Source: Shigella phage JK32
Direction: 5' to 3' (one strand)
Length of the DNA: 64,000 nt
Sequence record: MK962753.1
Shown: piece by piece, positions 43,739-54,435 of the stretch
Position numbering within the stretch: the first letter of the stretch is position 1
Layout of the letters: every line of letters starts with the position of its first letter
Position numbers and translations under genes: made by a program
Notes under the pieces: model-generated
Database searches by the model: none
Seen by the model: the letters and a program-made list of their open reading frames with translations, nothing else
Told to the model about the DNA's origin: nothing

Positions 43739-44686
43739 TTAGAACTCACCAATTTTCTGCAACATTTTAACTAACGCATTTGTTACAAAATAGTTATAAA
43801 TCTTACCGCGTGGTGCTGGTTTAGATTTTTCCCATTCTAACAAAATTTCATATTCGATGTTATCGGGAATAAATTCAAAATCAATAAGTTCGCGGTTTTC
43901 GTCAAAACGTCGTGCTTCTTCCTCTGTCATCAAAGACTTTGGATCTTCGGCATTGAAAATTTGCTCTAACCATTTGGTTGCAATTGGTTTAGCTCGTTCC
44001 CCTTCCAGTCGTGAGATAATGAAATCACTACGGCACTTGATAGAAGCTACACCGTCTTTTGCGTCACCCTTAACACATTTTACCATAAGGTCTTTGTAAG
44101 GGCTACCATATTTGCATTTCTTCCATGCTTTCTGTACTGGCGCCCACTGTTTCACGTTTTTGTATTTGTGCAACTGTGTGTAGTCACCATCGCCGGAGTT
44201 GATTAGCACCTGGCGACCTTCTACAGAAAACTTTTTAGTTAACACAGCGATTATATCATCCGCTTCAACTTTGTCAACCTTAATAACGTGATAAGGCATG
44301 TTCTCTTTAAACTCTTCGGTGATCTTATTGATCGCAGCAAAGATCATCTCCCAATCACGCGGATCTGCGTCTCGTTTTTCCTTACGGTTACGCTTGTAAT
44401 AAGGTGCGATATCACGTCGCCAGTAACCTTTGCTTGAATCAAAAGCAAGTACCGTGATTGGGTATTGCTCTTTGAATTTTGTCATATTATAACGCATGGT
44501 GTCAAGAATAAGATGACGGATCATGCCTTCACTAATAGGATCTTCCGGTTTAAAGGTATGCGAGATAGTAGCAATCATAAGCTGCGACATATCAATCAAA
44601 TGCACACCTTCCGGTAGTTTATCTTCTGGATCATCGAAGAAATCATTAAGTGTAGCGGTAGTTTTTGTAAACGGGTTATACGTCAT
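43739..44686 (-). CDS. rnh: RNase H / FEN-family 5'-3' exonuclease
   Basis: 315 aa; matches T4 RNase H blocks (SGYWRRD..YYKKNR, KYEADD). Confidence 0.85.
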   Translation of the reverse strand: MTYNPFTKTTATLNDFFDDPEDKLPEGVHLIDMSQLMIATISHTFKPEDPISEGMIRHLILDTMRYNMTKFKEQYPITVLAFDSSKGYWRRDIAPYYKRNRKEKRDADPRDWEMIFAAINKITEEFKENMPYHVIKVDKVEADDIIAVLTKKFSVEGRQVLINSGDGDYTQLHKYKNVKQWAPVQKAWKKCKYGSPYKDLMVKCVKGDAKDGVASIKCRSDFIISRLEGERAKPIATKWLEQIFNAEDPKSLMTEEEARRFDENRELIDFEFIPDNIEYEILLEWEKSKPAPRGKIYNYFVTNALVKMLQKIGEF

Positions 44687-44688
44687 AA

Positions 44689-44874
44689 TTAAGTTCTCTC
44701 CACTCTCACAACAACATATTCGCCAAACGAGTTAGATACTTCACGATCATACCCGTATTTCTCCATAACTCGCAGAATTGCATTGTTTAATTCGGCACGG
44801 AAATAATTGTAATCCTTATCAGGGATTCTGTCAACTATCCATTTTGCACCGTCTGACAAATCAACTTTAACCAT
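44689..44874 (-). CDS. hypothetical small protein (61 aa)
   Basis: SD AAGAGGA. Confidence 0.5.
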   Translation of the reverse strand: MVKVDLSDGAKWIVDRIPDKDYNYFRAELNNAILRVMEKYGYDREVSNSFGEYVVVRVERT

Positions 44875-44912
44875 AATATATCATCCTCTTTTGTTTCTAT
44901 CAAGCCTCATTT

Positions 44913-44920
44913 TATAAATA
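44913..44920 (+). promoter_or_regulatory. late promoter box TATAAATA upstream of gene 34
   Basis: Exact TATAAATA ~29 nt upstream of ATG 44949. Confidence 0.55.
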
Positions 44921-44948
44921 TGAACATACTATAAAAGGAGACCCAATA

Positions 44949-47900
44949 ATGGCAGATTTTTCTCAACATTTCAAGGCCACATTTGGCTTTGACGCTGGTA
45001 ATGAAAAGGTCGTCAATGTAGCATTGGCTGATAAGAATGTCAACACCGATGCGGTCAACGTTGAATTTTTCAATTACCATAATGGTATTACTCAGTATGA
45101 CACAACTCGCGGTTATGATCAATACGGAACTACAATCTATCAAAACCGTCCGTATTATGCAAAAGAAGATATCACAAAGCCAGCAGGTGATTTTGACCCG
45201 ACTAAATGGCAAGCACTGCGCACGGACCCACGTTGGGATTATATTGCAGCAACTTCCGGTGATACTCCTTTAAAGTCTGGTGATTATATCGCAGCAGATG
45301 GTCAATTTGCAAACTTGACTTTCTCTATGCCAAATAAACCAGCCGAGGGAGACACTATAACAGTAAAAGATATCGGTGGCAAGTGTGGTGTTAACGAATT
45401 ATCGTTCTTGAGTTCAGGACATGAGTTTTACCATAACGGTAATGTGTATAACCGAAAATGGTATTGCACTACCCCGTATGCAATGAACTATTTCATCTTT
45501 GTTCGTAATCGTTGGCATGTTTATCAGACAGGAACAGAGCCACGCGGTGTGTACGCACAACCAGCGATTGATGCTATTCAAATGCAGAATGGTGATCAGG
45601 TATTTCGTCGTAGTTCATTGGGTAATATTACCTTAGTGCTTCCTAAGTTTGCCAACAATGGCGACATGATCCAGACTACAGATCTTGACGGGTTAACCGC
45701 AACCAACCACGTTACGGTTAAAGTTCATGAGCACGCAGAAGAACAATCAATTGGCACGTTCGGTCTAAAAGAGATTATCGGTAAGCGTAGCGGTCATGGT
45801 GTATTCATCTTTGATAAGCCTGAAAACTTATGGCGTGTGTGGGATGGTGATCAGTCTGTTCGTCTTAAACCGATCATCGATGACACTCGCTTGCAACCTA
45901 ATAGTTATGTTGCTGTATTTGGTGATCATGATGTTACTCTGACGCTACCGACCAATGTCGAGCCGGGTGATCGTATTCAAGTTTCTATGCAGTATATGCA
46001 CGGAAACCAGAATTGCCGTATTATCACCGCCGCAGAGGATACAAAAATCCTTATGCAGAAAAACATGGTTCAGTTTCCTAAGCGTAGCGAGTACCCATTC
46101 AACGGGACCGAGACGTGGAAGGAAGTGTCTGAATTGTCGTTCAATGCAGCTAGTGATTATGTTCCTTATCTGGAGTTCTCTTATTCAGAAGGTGATGATG
46201 GTAAGAAACATTGGTTGGTAGCACATGCTCACCCAATCGTAGAACGGGTAGATCCGACTCGTAAAGCGCGTGTTGGTGTAATTGCACTGGCTACCCAGAA
46301 TGAAACGAATAAAAACCATGAAGAGAATCCTAGCGACGAAGTTGCAGTAACGCCAAAAATGCTGGCTAATAAAACAGCCAACGAAACTCGACGCGGTATT
46401 GCTCGTATTGCTACTCAGGCGGAAACGCATCAAGATACTGGTTCCAGCTTCCTGGATGATGTTATCGTTACACCTAAAAAGTTAAATGACTGTGTTGCTA
46501 CCGAAGCCCGTCGTGGTGTGATGGAAATTGCAACCCAGCACGAAACCAATGAAGGTTTAGATGATACCCGCGCTATTACTCCTAAGAAATTAGAAGAACG
46601 TCGCGCATCCGAGGATCTCGCTGGTATTGCTGAAATTGTTCAGGCTGGCGGTAGTGCTGCCGATCGACGTGGCGAAGCTGGTACAGGAATCTATAACATC
46701 AATGACCATGCTAAAATTGTTACGCCACAAAACATCAACGAAGTCAAGGCGACCGAAACTTCCCGTGGTGTTGGCTATCTGGCAACTGACGCGGAAGTGC
46801 AAGGTGCTACAGAATCAACCCCGCAAGATGCTTTACTAATCACGACTCGCACGCTAACGAAACGTACTGCTACCGAATCGCGTACTGGTATCGCTGAAAT
46901 TGCAACTCAGGAAGAAACAAACTTAGGTCAAAGTGATAACCATATCATCACGCCTAAAAAGCTGCATACTCGCCGCGCAACGGAAACTTTACACGGTTTA
47001 GCAGAAATTGCAACTCAGCCGGAATTTGACGCAGGTCGTGACGACGCTCGCATTTCTACCCCGTTGAAGATTAAAACCTTCTTTGAGAATGCACAGCGTT
47101 TGAAAGTAGATCCGACTCAGGGGCTTAACCTTACTGGTGATTTGTGGCAAGGTATCATGATCAGCGGTCTGGATGCAACCGAAGACACAAAAGGTGTCGC
47201 GAAAGTTGCAACTACTCAGCTTACGGACGCTGGTCAAGATGATACTACAATCATTACTCCTAAAAAGCTGCAAGGCAAAAAGGCCACCGAAGGTAAAGAA
47301 GGTATTATCCGAGTTGGTACTCAAGCCGAAACCGTGGCTGGTGCACTGGCTAATGTAGCAATTTCTCCGAAGAACTTCAAATATGTTGTTCAGACAGAGG
47401 ATACATGGAAAGCAACCGAAGCGCGTCGTGGTTTCTTGAAAGTTGCTACTCAGGAAAACTGTTTTGTTGGTGATAATCTACAAGGTTCTACTCAAGAGCT
47501 AGGAAACTACCAGCATGACGGAATTGCTGTTACCCCGAAAGGATTAAACTACGCACTTGCTAATTTCTTGCCTAAGATGGCAACCGCTCAGAATAGTTTG
47601 AAATTGGGTAACGTAGAGGCCGCTAAATGGGCGCGTAGAGACATTGACCAGACCATTGAGAGCAATTACACGTTTAATAAAAACGTTAACGTGAAGGGCG
47701 ATTTAGAGTGCTTAAAATCTGGTTCCTTTGAAACGCTGTTTGTGACTAAGAACTCAACCGACGATCCGAGTAATGGTCATCTGGTGTTGGGTGAGCGTGG
47801 AGTTGATGGTCACACCGGAATTACTCTGCATGGCACAACCGCATCGGAAGGCATGGAAAACTCATGGTCTATTATCGTTGGTGGTACTGGAACAGCGCAA

Positions 47901-48689
47901 GTTGTTGATAGTGATGCTATCGCTTTCGGTAAGATTAACGATTCTGGATTCGTCGAGCATTACGCCTTTGCTATGGAACACAATGGCGACGCGGCAGCAT
48001 ATAGAGACTTTATTGCAGGTCGTAACCTGTATGCGAAACAAGGCGGTTTATACATTGTTGACCAGTCTAATCCGGCAATGACTCGTTCCCCAGATGGTAT
48101 GCTGAATATCGGTCACGGTGGAAGTGTTAACATCAAGGCAGGTTATCAAACGTTAACTACAGAGATCGCCGGACAGAAATATCAGATCGTACACGCAGGA
48201 AACGCTGACGAAGTTCTTAACCGTCAGTTTGTTAAAAATGCTGGCGATACAATGGTTGGTAAGCTGATTATGGATAATGCGCCTATTGTTTCTGTTAAGC
48301 ATGAAGCTAGCGCGGCAACCGCTCCGGCAATCGGTAATATCGGCTTCTGGAACATGCGCGTTACTACCCAGAACATCAAAGAAACTTATCCAGAGAAGAA
48401 AAACGGTACTCTGATGCAATGGGGTACTGACGAGGACGGGCTTACCCAGCTTTGGTCCCCTGATGGTACTCATAAACATTATATCCGTTCCGGTACTGGT
48501 GGTCAATGGACCGCATGGGGTGAAATTTACACCAAACAGAATAAGCCTACCGCTCAGGAAATCGGGGCAGTAGTTGCAGAAGGTGGTTTAATGAACTCTA
48601 TGACGGTTCGTGATTGGATCAAAGTTGGTAATGTTAAAATCATCGCCAATAATCTGACTCGTACCGTAGACTTTATCTGGGAAGACTAA
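44949..48689 (+). CDS. 34: long tail fibre proximal subunit gp34
   Basis: 1246 aa; N-terminus and repeated ...ATE.RRG.AEIATQ.E.. units match remembered T4 gp34. Confidence 0.9.
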   Translation: MADFSQHFKATFGFDAGNEKVVNVALADKNVNTDAVNVEFFNYHNGITQYDTTRGYDQYGTTIYQNRPYYAKEDITKPAGDFDPTKWQALRTDPRWDYIAATSGDTPLKSGDYIAADGQFANLTFSMPNKPAEGDTITVKDIGGKCGVNELSFLSSGHEFYHNGNVYNRKWYCTTPYAMNYFIFVRNRWHVYQTGTEPRGVYAQPAIDAIQMQNGDQVFRRSSLGNITLVLPKFANNGDMIQTTDLDGLTATNHVTVKVHEHAEEQSIGTFGLKEIIGKRSGHGVFIFDKPENLWRVWDGDQSVRLKPIIDDTRLQPNSYVAVFGDHDVTLTLPTNVEPGDRIQVSMQYMHGNQNCRIITAAEDTKILMQKNMVQFPKRSEYPFNGTETWKEVSELSFNAASDYVPYLEFSYSEGDDGKKHWLVAHAHPIVERVDPTRKARVGVIALATQNETNKNHEENPSDEVAVTPKMLANKTANETRRGIARIATQAETHQDTGSSFLDDVIVTPKKLNDCVATEARRGVMEIATQHETNEGLDDTRAITPKKLEERRASEDLAGIAEIVQAGGSAADRRGEAGTGIYNINDHAKIVTPQNINEVKATETSRGVGYLATDAEVQGATESTPQDALLITTRTLTKRTATESRTGIAEIATQEETNLGQSDNHIITPKKLHTRRATETLHGLAEIATQPEFDAGRDDARISTPLKIKTFFENAQRLKVDPTQGLNLTGDLWQGIMISGLDATEDTKGVAKVATTQLTDAGQDDTTIITPKKLQGKKATEGKEGIIRVGTQAETVAGALANVAISPKNFKYVVQTEDTWKATEARRGFLKVATQENCFVGDNLQGSTQELGNYQHDGIAVTPKGLNYALANFLPKMATAQNSLKLGNVEAAKWARRDIDQTIESNYTFNKNVNVKGDLECLKSGSFETLFVTKNSTDDPSNGHLVLGERGVDGHTGITLHGTTASEGMENSWSIIVGGTGTAQVVDSDAIAFGKINDSGFVEHYAFAMEHNGDAAAYRDFIAGRNLYAKQGGLYIVDQSNPAMTRSPDGMLNIGHGGSVNIKAGYQTLTTEIAGQKYQIVHAGNADEVLNRQFVKNAGDTMVGKLIMDNAPIVSVKHEASAATAPAIGNIGFWNMRVTTQNIKETYPEKKNGTLMQWGTDEDGLTQLWSPDGTHKHYIRSGTGGQWTAWGEIYTKQNKPTAQEIGAVVAEGGLMNSMTVRDWIKVGNVKIIANNLTRTVDFIWED

Positions 48690-48722
48690 TTAAAGGGGGC
48701 GAAAGCCCCCTATGGGGTTATT

Positions 48723-49862
48723 ATGACACAAGAGATAGAATTACGCAACACTGGAATTAAGTTTGCGCATTTCGACGAAGACTCCGCGACATTTACCAGC
48801 ATTTCAGAAAACAACTCTGTGATGTATAAACTTGAGGTTAGAGGATCTAATGCGGATTCTACCAAACCAGCAAGAATTAGATTTAATGGAGTGGAGATCG
48901 TTGGCACTGGCTATGAAAATGGCCTAAATTTTAAAGTTCTTACTCCAACTGGACGACTACACGAAGAAAAGGTATTCTATGGTCGCGGTGCTGTTTTGGC
49001 AATGCGTGATTATCTTTCTTTACTGAAAGGTGATTATATCATTGCGATGGCAACGCATGGAGAATTGTTTGCAGATCCGGTAAGTGATGATGTATTCTCT
49101 AAGCTGGGATCTGTATCATTCCCGAATCACATTTTGTTACAGCAAATGCCTCGTGTATCCTATGCAGCGATTTATTCTACTAAAATGGGTAAAATTGTGT
49201 GCGAAGGGATGCAAGCAACTCACGGGGAAGGACAAGATTCATCTATACAAATTGAGAAAGTCTATGATACTATAGATGATCTTGCTATAACAGGAACACC
49301 ACAACGATTTTTAGATTATCCGGTTGAGTATGTTAGCGAAGATGCCGAACATTTCGAGCTAATACAATGGCCTCATGATGAGATCAGCGCACCACTTGAA
49401 GATTTTAACATAAAGGCAGGTGACAAACTATCAATATCTTTTGAATTGTTCCGTGATAGTGCCGCAGCCGCAGCCAACGTAACAGCGCGTTTCTATCACA
49501 ACTATTTTACTGACGGACAATATAAAACTGGTGTTCGATACAATGCCAGCAAAAAAGATCAATGGGAAAAGTTTGAAGCAGTCTATACCGTACCGGAAGG
49601 AGTTGATAGTGTGGTAACTGGTTGCGTTAGATATCCAACCAACTCCAATGAAGGTATTGTTAAAGTTAGAAACATATTAATAACACCGATCAGTGGAGTT
49701 GTCAAAACGACTGGTCCTACTTCCTTTGGTGTTAACGGTGTTAGAACAACTCATATTCAAGATAACGGTGATTTTACTAACCCTGTAATGAGTCTTCTTA
49801 AGCTGCCTAGAGACAATAAACATATCACATCCAACAACTTTAAAGAGTTCGATGTTGATTAA
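48723..49862 (+). CDS. 35: long tail fibre hinge protein gp35
   Basis: 379 aa (T4 372 aa), between 34 and 36. Confidence 0.7.
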   Translation: MTQEIELRNTGIKFAHFDEDSATFTSISENNSVMYKLEVRGSNADSTKPARIRFNGVEIVGTGYENGLNFKVLTPTGRLHEEKVFYGRGAVLAMRDYLSLLKGDYIIAMATHGELFADPVSDDVFSKLGSVSFPNHILLQQMPRVSYAAIYSTKMGKIVCEGMQATHGEGQDSSIQIEKVYDTIDDLAITGTPQRFLDYPVEYVSEDAEHFELIQWPHDEISAPLEDFNIKAGDKLSISFELFRDSAAAAANVTARFYHNYFTDGQYKTGVRYNASKKDQWEKFEAVYTVPEGVDSVVTGCVRYPTNSNEGIVKVRNILITPISGVVKTTGPTSFGVNGVRTTHIQDNGDFTNPVMSLLKLPRDNKHITSNNFKEFDVD

Positions 49863-49873
49863 CATTTTTAACA

Positions 49874-49903
49874 AGCCGATCCATGTGGTCGGCTTTATTT
49901 TTA
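49874..49903 (+). terminator. rho-independent terminator after gene 35
   Basis: AGCCGATCCATGTGGTCGGCT hairpin followed by TTTATTTTTAT. Confidence 0.65.
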
Positions 49904-50023
49904 TACAGTTGGTTAAAATGTAACCAAAACGAAGAAAGATCTTTAGAATATAGAAAAGTTTGTTTCGGTTAAAAATTAGTCAGTGCCTACGGCACGTCGC
50001 GAAGCGATATTTTGTTAACATTC

Positions 50024-50031
50024 TATAAATA
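50024..50031 (+). promoter_or_regulatory. late promoter box TATAAATA upstream of gene 36
   Basis: Exact TATAAATA ~34 nt upstream of ATG 50065. Confidence 0.55.
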
Positions 50032-50064
50032 CTCGGAACTATAACTAATTTTTGAGGTTACTTT

Positions 50065-51555
50065 ATGGCAGATTTGAAACATGGATCTACTGTAGGCGGA
50101 TCTCCCATTTGGACGCAAGGAAACTTGACGATCCAGCCAGCGGGGGACCAGCTTTTCTACAAAGGTCATAAAATCTATACCGCTTTTGATAGACCTTCGG
50201 CTACCGATTTTGATGCTGTTAGTGCATCCGAAGGTGGCACATTTCAAAAGCAAGTTCATTTCGAGGAAGGTTTAAGCGTAGGTAGCGCATCGGCTGGAGA
50301 AACCAAAAAGAATGGTATCTTTAAAGGTCAGAGTGACGCTGCTAATTTTGACGGTGTAAGCTGGGGTTTGCATTCATGGAAATCAATCGGCTTTGTTAAT
50401 GCCCGTGATGGCGTTATCATGGCGTATATTGACACCACAACGGGCGAATTTAAGTCTAAAGGGACTATCGAAGGGACAACCATTAAAGACACAGGTCAAC
50501 GCGTCTATAGCCCTGTTAATAAACCAACGAATAATGATTTAGATTTGGTGTCTCGTCGCGGTGATACTCTCACAGGAACATATAATTTAAACACTGTCAC
50601 TGTTAAACTATCGGTTGATTCGAAATTAATTGCAAGGGAACGTGATTTAATTAATTTTGATGCGACTAAGATCTATTATGGTAACGTTCTTGACACGTTG
50701 GTCTTCCGAAGTAAAGATGAGCCTACCATTTTTGTTAATGGCAAAGAAGGTCGTTTTTATCACACCAACAATAAACCAACTAAAGCCGATGTTGGACTAG
50801 GCAATGTCACCAATGATGCACAGGTTAAACGTGCTGGTGATATTATGGAAGGTAACTTACAAGCGCCTAGAATGTTGGCGACAAACGATCCTGCTGGTCC
50901 TAATGAATTGGTTCGTTTGAGCTACTTTGAGAAAAAATCAATGGTAGCAAATCCAACCATCATTGGAAATGTTGATTGGAACACTCTTATTAATCGCGGT
51001 ATCTATCGTGTGGAAAATGCTGGATCAGGTACTAATAAACCGTCTGATAGCTATTATAACGGCGTTTTGATGGTATATCGCCCAGAAGATGCGGTCGGTA
51101 CTCGTCGAATTGTTCAGGTGTATTATCCTGAATCTATTGACCATCCGATGTGCTGGCGTTCGTGTTCTAATGAATCATGGACTGCATGGAACTATGTAGA
51201 TCACCGTAAATTGGCTGATATTCGCTATGTTAACGTCACTGGCGATACCATGACAGGACCGTTAACTGTTCCGGCTGCAAACGGTGTTAGAACAGCTAAA
51301 ACTAACTATAACGGGGATAACTGTTATGCGGCGTTAAGCGGTGCTGATGGCACTGCTATGATTCACCGCATTAGTGATATTAAAGGGACCGAAAAGCTGG
51401 GGATCACCCACGACTCAAAGGTCGTGTTTTTCCGTTCTAGAAACAATACTCAAACCGTGGACCGCTATCAGCTTTATCATGAAGGTAATAAACCTACTCC
51501 GGCTGATGTTGGCGCGGTTCCACTTAATGCGGTGATTGATTTCGGTACTTTCTAA
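50065..51555 (+). CDS. 36: long tail fibre distal connector gp36 (expanded, 496 aa)
   Basis: N-terminus MADLKHGSTVGGSPIWTQGN parallels T4 gp36 MADLKVGSTTGGSVIWHQGN. Confidence 0.75.
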   Translation: MADLKHGSTVGGSPIWTQGNLTIQPAGDQLFYKGHKIYTAFDRPSATDFDAVSASEGGTFQKQVHFEEGLSVGSASAGETKKNGIFKGQSDAANFDGVSWGLHSWKSIGFVNARDGVIMAYIDTTTGEFKSKGTIEGTTIKDTGQRVYSPVNKPTNNDLDLVSRRGDTLTGTYNLNTVTVKLSVDSKLIARERDLINFDATKIYYGNVLDTLVFRSKDEPTIFVNGKEGRFYHTNNKPTKADVGLGNVTNDAQVKRAGDIMEGNLQAPRMLATNDPAGPNELVRLSYFEKKSMVANPTIIGNVDWNTLINRGIYRVENAGSGTNKPSDSYYNGVLMVYRPEDAVGTRRIVQVYYPESIDHPMCWRSCSNESWTAWNYVDHRKLADIRYVNVTGDTMTGPLTVPAANGVRTAKTNYNGDNCYAALSGADGTAMIHRISDIKGTEKLGITHDSKVVFFRSRNNTQTVDRYQLYHEGNKPTPADVGAVPLNAVIDFGTF

Positions 51556-51559
51556 TTTT

Positions 51560-51585
51560 AGCGGGGATTATCTCCCCGCTTTTCT
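51560..51585 (+). terminator. rho-independent terminator (probably partial) after gene 36
   Basis: AGCGGGGATTATCTCCCCGCT hairpin then TTTTCT. Confidence 0.5.
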
Positions 51586-51625
51586 AAATAATATTATTCT
51601 AATAACCGTTTAAGGATTTTATAAA

Positions 51626-54394
51626 ATGGCAGATTTAAACAGAATCCAATTTAAACGCACTAGCACTAAAGGTCGTCGACCTGATGCTAGTACGATGAAT
51701 CCGGGGGAATTGGCAATCAACCTTGCGGATCAATACATGCTCACTAAAAATGATTCCGGTGCTATTATCAATTTAAGTTGTCCTCCGGTTTATGACCGCG
51801 ATGTTACAATGGCTGGTAAAGTTAAAGGTAATAATTATATCTTAAGTAAAACCGCTAACTATCTGGAAGATCAGACAGCGCGAGATCTTAACTACTTTGG
51901 TGCTTTCCGTACCAATGGTCTTGATGGTTTTCTTGAACTCACGCTAAACGTTCCTCATTCTTCTGGTGTTCAGCATGGTCGAGGATTTACTTTCCAGTAT
52001 GGACACACTGGATCGCGTGTAGAAACTTATGGATATAATAGAGAAGGTCAAAAAGCATTTAGCTATAAAATGTATCACGAAGGTGATAAACCAACTCCAG
52101 GAGAATTGAACGTTTATAGCAAACAAGAAATTGACCGTATGTTTGTTAAAAACGTTAAACTTGCTACAGTTCCTGGTGATACAGTTGAAGGCTATTTTAA
52201 ATTAGCAACTGCAATGATTCCACAAAACGGTCGTAGTGTATTTTTCCGTATTCATGGTGGTAACGGATATAACGTTACTGCATACGATCAAGTTGATATT
52301 GTAGAAATTGTTATTCGCAGTGGAAATAATCGCCCTAAAGGTGTTAACGTTATTGCATATCGCCGAAATACAAACAAATCATTTGATGTTTTGGCTGTTA
52401 ATACTTCTGGTGATAACTATGATATCTATGTTAAATATCAGCGTTACACTGATAACGTTATTGTTGAATTTGGTAAAAGTGTTGATGTTAATCTGGTAGT
52501 TCATGACGTTCCAGATTTTGTTGCTGAACGTCCTGCTGGCGATAATGTTATTGGCGGTCGTGCTGTAACTCTTTTTAACACAGAAAATAAGCGTGGTGTG
52601 TTGAGTTTTGACGATAACACACAAAACAGCTATGATATTGTTCATATGAGTAATGATAAAGGTACTGGTCGGAAATATATTCGTAAATTCCGTAGTAACT
52701 ATAATGAAATGATCTGGCATGAGACGGTTCAAGGTTCCAGTTATCGTCTGGCTACTGGTAGCACTGATGCTCAGGAAATTATAACTATTGAATCTAGTAG
52801 CTCAATTGCTGGAACTCATAAAGGTAATATTATTTCTGGTCGTATGCTGTTAAATGGCGGATCTAATGCCATTACACTACGCCGACCTGCTGGTCAGTCT
52901 AATCATATTGCGTTTCAAGATAATCGTACTGGAGATATTACCCGTCAAGGATGGATCGGTTATGCAAACGCCGATACTGACGTTTTTGAATGGTATAGTG
53001 ATGTAGGTGGCAGTTCTATTCGTCAACATATCGACGGACAGATCGAATTTCAGACAGGTAACATGAAGCGAGTCTATACCAACGGTCAATTCATTTCTTT
53101 ATATGCTGATGGCTTCCGTACTGTATATGGTAACTATGGTTCATGGTGGCGAAATGACGGTAGTAACGTTTATCTGATGAGCACAAAATCAGGCGACACT
53201 ATGGGTCCGTGGAATACCTTTAGGCCGTTCATCTATAGCCTAGCCAATGGTAACGTTACATTGGGGGGTAGTGATGCTGGCAACCATTTAATGCGTCTCA
53301 ATAATGAAAATCGTCAAGTAGAAATAAATGCAACAACACATTTAGGGTCTCGATTATATTGGGAACGTAGCGAAGGATCGGCATCTAGATTTTTTATTAA
53401 GAATTGGGGTAATGGAACTTCTCGCGCTCAAGTGTGGGAACTTGCTGACGAGACAGGTTATCATGTATATTCTCAGCGAAACGACGCGGGTGTTCTTCAA
53501 TTCCGTACTGCTGGTAATTTTGAGACTGGTGGTGATGCTCAAGTAAACGGGACTTTACTTGTCACCAATGTTCTTCGTACAAATAACCAAATACAGATTT
53601 ATCGCGATAACAACAAAGAACTCTGGTTTAAGGATGCTAATGGTACTAACCGTGGTGTTATCTGGGGTGATAGCACAGGTCAAATGCGCATTCGAAACTA
53701 TAACAGCGGAGAATTTGACCATGTTTTCCAGACTGGTATGATTCGCTTAGAACGTGGGTCTGCAAACGGTAGCGACCGTGGTTTGATTCGCGGAGAAGTA
53801 CAAGGTGGTGCATGGTCAGACTGGAAAATTCGTGCGGCTGGATTGTTGGTTGATTGTCCTAATGCTCAAACTTCCGCATATAACGTATGGAAAGCGACCA
53901 AATGGGGTTTAGACCACATCGCGGCAATGGGCGTTCATGTTCCTAGTGGTGTTATTACTAATGCTATGGCACGTCTTCATATTCATACCACAAACTTTGA
54001 CTTTAACGCCTCCGGTGATTTCCAAGCAGGTCGTAATGGTAATTTTAACGATGTGTACATTCGTTCTGATGCTCGCCTTAAAATCAATAAGGAAGAGTAT
54101 AAAGAGAATGCCACTGATAAAGTTAATCGCTTGACGGTATACACCTATGACAAGGTTAAATCTTTAACCGACCGTACTGTCATTGCTCATGAAGTTGGTA
54201 TTATTGCACAGGATCTTGAGAAAGAATTGCCGGAAGCCGTAACAACTTCTAAGATCGGCGATCCAGATAAACCAGAAGAGATCTTAACAATTTCTAACTC
54301 TGCTGTCAACGCTCTTTTAATTAAGGCGTTTCAGGAAATGAGCGAAGAATTGAAAGCCGTTAAAGCTGAACTAGCGGAACTTAAAAAGAATTAA
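51626..54394 (+). CDS. 37: long tail fibre distal subunit gp37 with C-terminal intramolecular chaperone-like domain
   Basis: N-terminus MADLNRIQFKRT..RRPDAS..GELAINL matches T4 gp37 start; C-terminal ~120 aa carries IRSDARLKINKEEY and a terminal coiled coil. Confidence 0.85.
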   Translation: MADLNRIQFKRTSTKGRRPDASTMNPGELAINLADQYMLTKNDSGAIINLSCPPVYDRDVTMAGKVKGNNYILSKTANYLEDQTARDLNYFGAFRTNGLDGFLELTLNVPHSSGVQHGRGFTFQYGHTGSRVETYGYNREGQKAFSYKMYHEGDKPTPGELNVYSKQEIDRMFVKNVKLATVPGDTVEGYFKLATAMIPQNGRSVFFRIHGGNGYNVTAYDQVDIVEIVIRSGNNRPKGVNVIAYRRNTNKSFDVLAVNTSGDNYDIYVKYQRYTDNVIVEFGKSVDVNLVVHDVPDFVAERPAGDNVIGGRAVTLFNTENKRGVLSFDDNTQNSYDIVHMSNDKGTGRKYIRKFRSNYNEMIWHETVQGSSYRLATGSTDAQEIITIESSSSIAGTHKGNIISGRMLLNGGSNAITLRRPAGQSNHIAFQDNRTGDITRQGWIGYANADTDVFEWYSDVGGSSIRQHIDGQIEFQTGNMKRVYTNGQFISLYADGFRTVYGNYGSWWRNDGSNVYLMSTKSGDTMGPWNTFRPFIYSLANGNVTLGGSDAGNHLMRLNNENRQVEINATTHLGSRLYWERSEGSASRFFIKNWGNGTSRAQVWELADETGYHVYSQRNDAGVLQFRTAGNFETGGDAQVNGTLLVTNVLRTNNQIQIYRDNNKELWFKDANGTNRGVIWGDSTGQMRIRNYNSGEFDHVFQTGMIRLERGSANGSDRGLIRGEVQGGAWSDWKIRAAGLLVDCPNAQTSAYNVWKATKWGLDHIAAMGVHVPSGVITNAMARLHIHTTNFDFNASGDFQAGRNGNFNDVYIRSDARLKINKEEYKENATDKVNRLTVYTYDKVKSLTDRTVIAHEVGIIAQDLEKELPEAVTTSKIGDPDKPEEILTISNSAVNALLIKAFQEMSEELKAVKAELAELKKN

Positions 54395-54435
54395 GGAAAA
54401 ATCCCAGGGAAGGGAACTACTAAGGAGAAACGGCT

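Noticed and set aside
44907-45212. 101-aa minus-strand ORF overlapping the start of gene 34
   Set aside because: Lies antisense across the gene 34 late promoter, SD and N-terminal coding region; no SD or promoter of its own.
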